A stretch of DNA of 64,000 nucleotides. Source: Giardia intestinalis. Its lineage: Eukaryota. The notes under the pieces were generated by a model. That model was not told where the DNA came from. It searched no databases and was given only the letters and a program-made list of their open reading frames with translations. Within the stretch, counting starts at the first letter, position 1. Each line of letters opens with the position of its first letter. Shown piece by piece: positions 61,227 through 64,000 of the stretch. The position numbers were made by a program, and so were the translations under genes. Location: the NCBI GenBank assembly GCA_000002435.2, contig CM018790.1; one strand, written 5' to 3'.

Positions 61227-63881
61227 CTAAATTTGGGACACGTCTCCCATGTCGCTTGCTAAAAGTCTTACACTATCTCCATCGAATCGGCGACGTTTAC
61301 GCTCCTCTAATTTCTTCTTGATAACGGTGAACCACAGAATAATGAACACAACGACGGCTACGAGCATGGCAACGCCAACGCCTATCCCAGCAGAGGCTTT
61401 TGCATTTAGCGTACAAGTGCCTGAATCATTTGTAAATCCACTATTACATATGCAGATGCCCTCTCCGCTATCAAAAAGTATGCTGCAAGATCCATGCCCG
61501 CTGCAAACGGTCCTTGAGGTAGATGAAGAGAAGCAGCCTAGCGGCATGCAAAATCCCGAAGTGTCATCCTTGCGAGAGCTGTCTCCCGAACAGAGGCACT
61601 CTGCCCCGTTTTCAGTAACAGCACAGCTGCCTTGTAAGCCACAAACACTCATGACACCGTCCCGCTGGTAGATGCAGGAGTCTGGGACACATCGGTCCGT
61701 CCCCAATGCGGTATATCCATAGTCGCACGAACAGATGTTCTCGGAAGAGCAAGATCCGTGACCACTACAGTATCCTTCCTCGCCCACACACGATCCTGGA
61801 ACACATTGTGCAACCCCATTGACAAAGACAATCGTGAATGGGAAGACACAGTCTTGGCACCACGCTCCAGAAAAACCTTCTTGGCACTTGCAGTAGTTTC
61901 CACCAGACGAAACCACACACTCCCCTCCGTGTTTGCAAGGAATGGTGGGGCACGACTGCTTATCGCATATGGCTCCAAACCAACCTTGCTCACACTTGCA
62001 AGCTGAGGTAGTTTCTCCTGTATTGGGGTCAGCAACTATCCGACAGGCTCCGTTACCAGAACACTCGGTCCCTTGTAGAGGGTCAATCTCGCATGGGTTT
62101 ATCTTACAGTCATGTCCATAAAAGTGCTCCAAGCACTCAGTGCACTCTCCGCTTTCAGAACACGTTCCCCCATTGCAGTTGGCATTGTCACCTTCGCAGT
62201 CATAGCGCTGGCAAAGGAGACCCTTGTAGTGCAGAGAGCACACACAACGGTGCAGAGAGACCTTTTTAACCACTGTACCGGCGCTAGTTGTAGAAACAAA
62301 CTCCTTCAGTGCACATGCCCCATTGCCAGAGCACTGCGGGGTGTCGGATCCGCAACCCTTGCGAGAGCAATCAGTCAAGTCTGACCCCGCAGGGCAGTTG
62401 CACGCCCAGCTTCCAAAGGAGTCTTGTACGCATGTCCCACCGTTACAGAGAGAATCCATACCATTGCAGCTGAACAGTTCGCATGCTGGACCACTGTATC
62501 CCGGTCTGCAGCGACATGTCAAGTCGCTACACGACCCACCGCCATTGCACTCTATATAGGTCTTTTGGACAGGAGCATCAGAAGATGTGAATTCCACTAT
62601 CTGGCAGGGGTTGTCCTGACACAGATTTCCTGTGTAGTTAGTTAAACACTTACAGGCATAAGAGCCTTCGACAAGCTTGCAGGCTCCACGACCCGAACAT
62701 ATGTTCTTCATGGAGTAATCTTTCTGATCATCTGGCAGCTGGGTGAGGCAATTTGTCGGAATGCAGTGCTGTGTCCCTATGAGCGCAGTATCGGGTGAAC
62801 AGCTACAGGACTTGGTGTCTGCATTACAGGATCCGTGGCCTGAGCAAACAATACCAGCGGAAATATCAGAGATGCATCCGTATGGGGTGCAGCTGTTGAT
62901 AGTCTTTGTAAAGTACTCCCCAATCCTGCAGGAATCGCAGTTTTCCCCAATCAGATTGTTCGGACATATGCACATGTGTAGAGCCTGGTCACAGATCAGT
63001 GGGGCAAAGCATACAGATGGATTAATAACGCAGTCCTCTAGGCTGCAGTCAGAGCCGACCCACCCTTCGTCGCAGTCACAGGTTGCATTATCAGGACCAT
63101 CATCACGACACGTGCCACGATCATTGCATTGCTTAACAATACTGTCCCCAATACTGTGGTAGATAATGCCACAGGGGTTCTTGCCACAGTCTGGTCCATA
63201 GTGATGGGGCTTGCACTTGCATTGCTTAGTCTGACGATCGCATGTATGCTTATCGTTGGTGCACACAAATAGGCCATTGGTGCAATCATAACTTTCGCAT
63301 GAGTGGCCATAGAAGCCAGCATTGCAATCACAGTAGTATCTAACGGGAGGAAGTTTCCCTGAGACCTCGGGGGCTTTCGTGCAAGTGCCACTACCACTGC
63401 AGTATTGATACTCCTTGGCAATGACATCATAGACAGGATTACATGTAGAAATGCTGCAATCGCCCTTATTGAAGCCAGGTTCACAGACACAAACGCCCGT
63501 CTCTGAGTCACATTTTTGCCCATTGCAGTCAGCAGGAGACGTACACATCTTCATCTCGCATGTATCCCCACTAAAGCCCTCCTCACAGACGCATTTATAC
63601 GTGCCATTGTCCTCTACGCACGTGCCAGCAAGGCTACATGCAACTGTCTTGTAAGGGCTTTCATGAAATATTGGCTGCTGCTCTCTGGGGTCTCTGTGAA
63701 TGCCACAAGGGTTAATCTCACACGAAATTCCGCTGACACCCTCAGGACACTTGCATCCAAACCAGTCGCACTGCCCAACATAACCACAGTCGTAATCAGT
63801 TAAACATGAAAAGGACGCCGCCGCGAATAGACTAATCACTAAAGTAATCATTAAAAAACTAATGTCATTTTTTCCTATCAT
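61227..63881 (-). CDS. high-cysteine membrane protein with EGF-like repeats (HCMP, not a VSP)
   Basis: Signal peptide MIGKNDISFLMITLVISLFAAASFS. Dozens of EGF/tenascin-like modules (C..G..C.....C.C..G..G..C). A single TM helix (IGVGVAMLVAVVVFIILWFTVI), then a basic cytoplasmic tail KKKLEERKRRRFDGDSVRLLASDMGDVSQI. It lacks the CRGKA terminus that defines VSPs. Confidence 0.8.
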   Translation of the reverse strand: MIGKNDISFLMITLVISLFAAASFSCLTDYDCGYVGQCDWFGCKCPEGVSGISCEINPCGIHRDPREQQPIFHESPYKTVACSLAGTCVEDNGTYKCVCEEGFSGDTCEMKMCTSPADCNGQKCDSETGVCVCEPGFNKGDCSISTCNPVYDVIAKEYQYCSGSGTCTKAPEVSGKLPPVRYYCDCNAGFYGHSCESYDCTNGLFVCTNDKHTCDRQTKQCKCKPHHYGPDCGKNPCGIIYHSIGDSIVKQCNDRGTCRDDGPDNATCDCDEGWVGSDCSLEDCVINPSVCFAPLICDQALHMCICPNNLIGENCDSCRIGEYFTKTINSCTPYGCISDISAGIVCSGHGSCNADTKSCSCSPDTALIGTQHCIPTNCLTQLPDDQKDYSMKNICSGRGACKLVEGSYACKCLTNYTGNLCQDNPCQIVEFTSSDAPVQKTYIECNGGGSCSDLTCRCRPGYSGPACELFSCNGMDSLCNGGTCVQDSFGSWACNCPAGSDLTDCSRKGCGSDTPQCSGNGACALKEFVSTTSAGTVVKKVSLHRCVCSLHYKGLLCQRYDCEGDNANCNGGTCSESGECTECLEHFYGHDCKINPCEIDPLQGTECSGNGACRIVADPNTGETTSACKCEQGWFGAICDKQSCPTIPCKHGGECVVSSGGNYCKCQEGFSGAWCQDCVFPFTIVFVNGVAQCVPGSCVGEEGYCSGHGSCSSENICSCDYGYTALGTDRCVPDSCIYQRDGVMSVCGLQGSCAVTENGAECLCSGDSSRKDDTSGFCMPLGCFSSSTSRTVCSGHGSCSILFDSGEGICICNSGFTNDSGTCTLNAKASAGIGVGVAMLVAVVVFIILWFTVIKKKLEERKRRRFDGDSVRLLASDMGDVSQI

Positions 63882-64000
63882 TTTTCCTGTTCTTTTCGTG
63901 CGCTCATCTCTCTTCGGCTCAACACTGTCTAATGATAAGCTCTCTGCTAATCATTCACGGGCTCACAGGTGGCATGGTGGCATACAGAGATTTCGTTCCC

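Noticed and set aside
1-64000. Looking for a prokaryotic-style defence island, mobile element or operon as a 'novel system'
   Set aside because: The gene content is uniformly eukaryotic: tubulin, MCM, HECT, PPP phosphatase, tRNA with internal A/B boxes, RPL37e, VSP with a CRGKA tail. There are no bacterial signatures such as RBS-spaced operons, integrases, CRISPR or toxin-antitoxin pairs. The only island-like structure is the IR-flanked VSP cassette reported above.

Overview
The window reads as intron-poor eukaryotic nuclear DNA, almost certainly from Giardia intestinalis (lamblia). The basis is threefold. First, the 900-aa cysteine-rich ORF ends in the Giardia VSP signature '...CRGKA' after a transmembrane helix. 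Second, an AGTAAAC polyadenylation signal lies about 12 nt after that stop. Third, genes are tightly packed on both strands with AT-rich initiators ('aaaataaATG') and uninterrupted ORFs.

Most of the window is core, housekeeping-type gene space. The recognisable products are:
- MCM6 (5' part, truncated by the window edge)
- epsilon-tubulin
- isopentenyl-diphosphate isomerase
- GRWD1-like WD protein
- tRNA-Pro(CGG)
- Sua5/YrdC
- an RCK/MAK-like CMGC kinase
- ribosomal protein L37e
- a PHO80-like cyclin
- an Rpb4/RPC9-family polymerase subunit
- a PP2A-like phosphatase
- a DHX37/Dhr1-type DEAH helicase
- a HECT E3 ligase
- a GTPase-like membrane protein
- several large coiled-coil or hypothetical proteins
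- a multi-pass membrane protein
- an EGF-like high-cysteine membrane protein

The exception is a roughly 9.4-kb cassette at 42373-51770. It is bounded by a near-perfect, roughly 1.6-kb inverted repeat whose arms diverge toward their inner ends. Inside it are a VSP gene with about fifteen perfect 114-bp tandem repeats, and a NEK-type kinase/coiled-coil/ankyrin gene broken by at least six frameshifts (a pseudogene). This inverted-repeat-flanked surface-antigen island is the most unusual structure here.

Two caveats apply. The supplied ORF track clearly accepts alternative start codons (TTG/GTG), so several listed ORFs begin upstream of the real ATG; I trimmed those starts. My base-level indexing of the raw sequence disagrees with the track by 1 nt in several places (both +1 and -1), so self-derived coordinates may be off by 1-2 nt.
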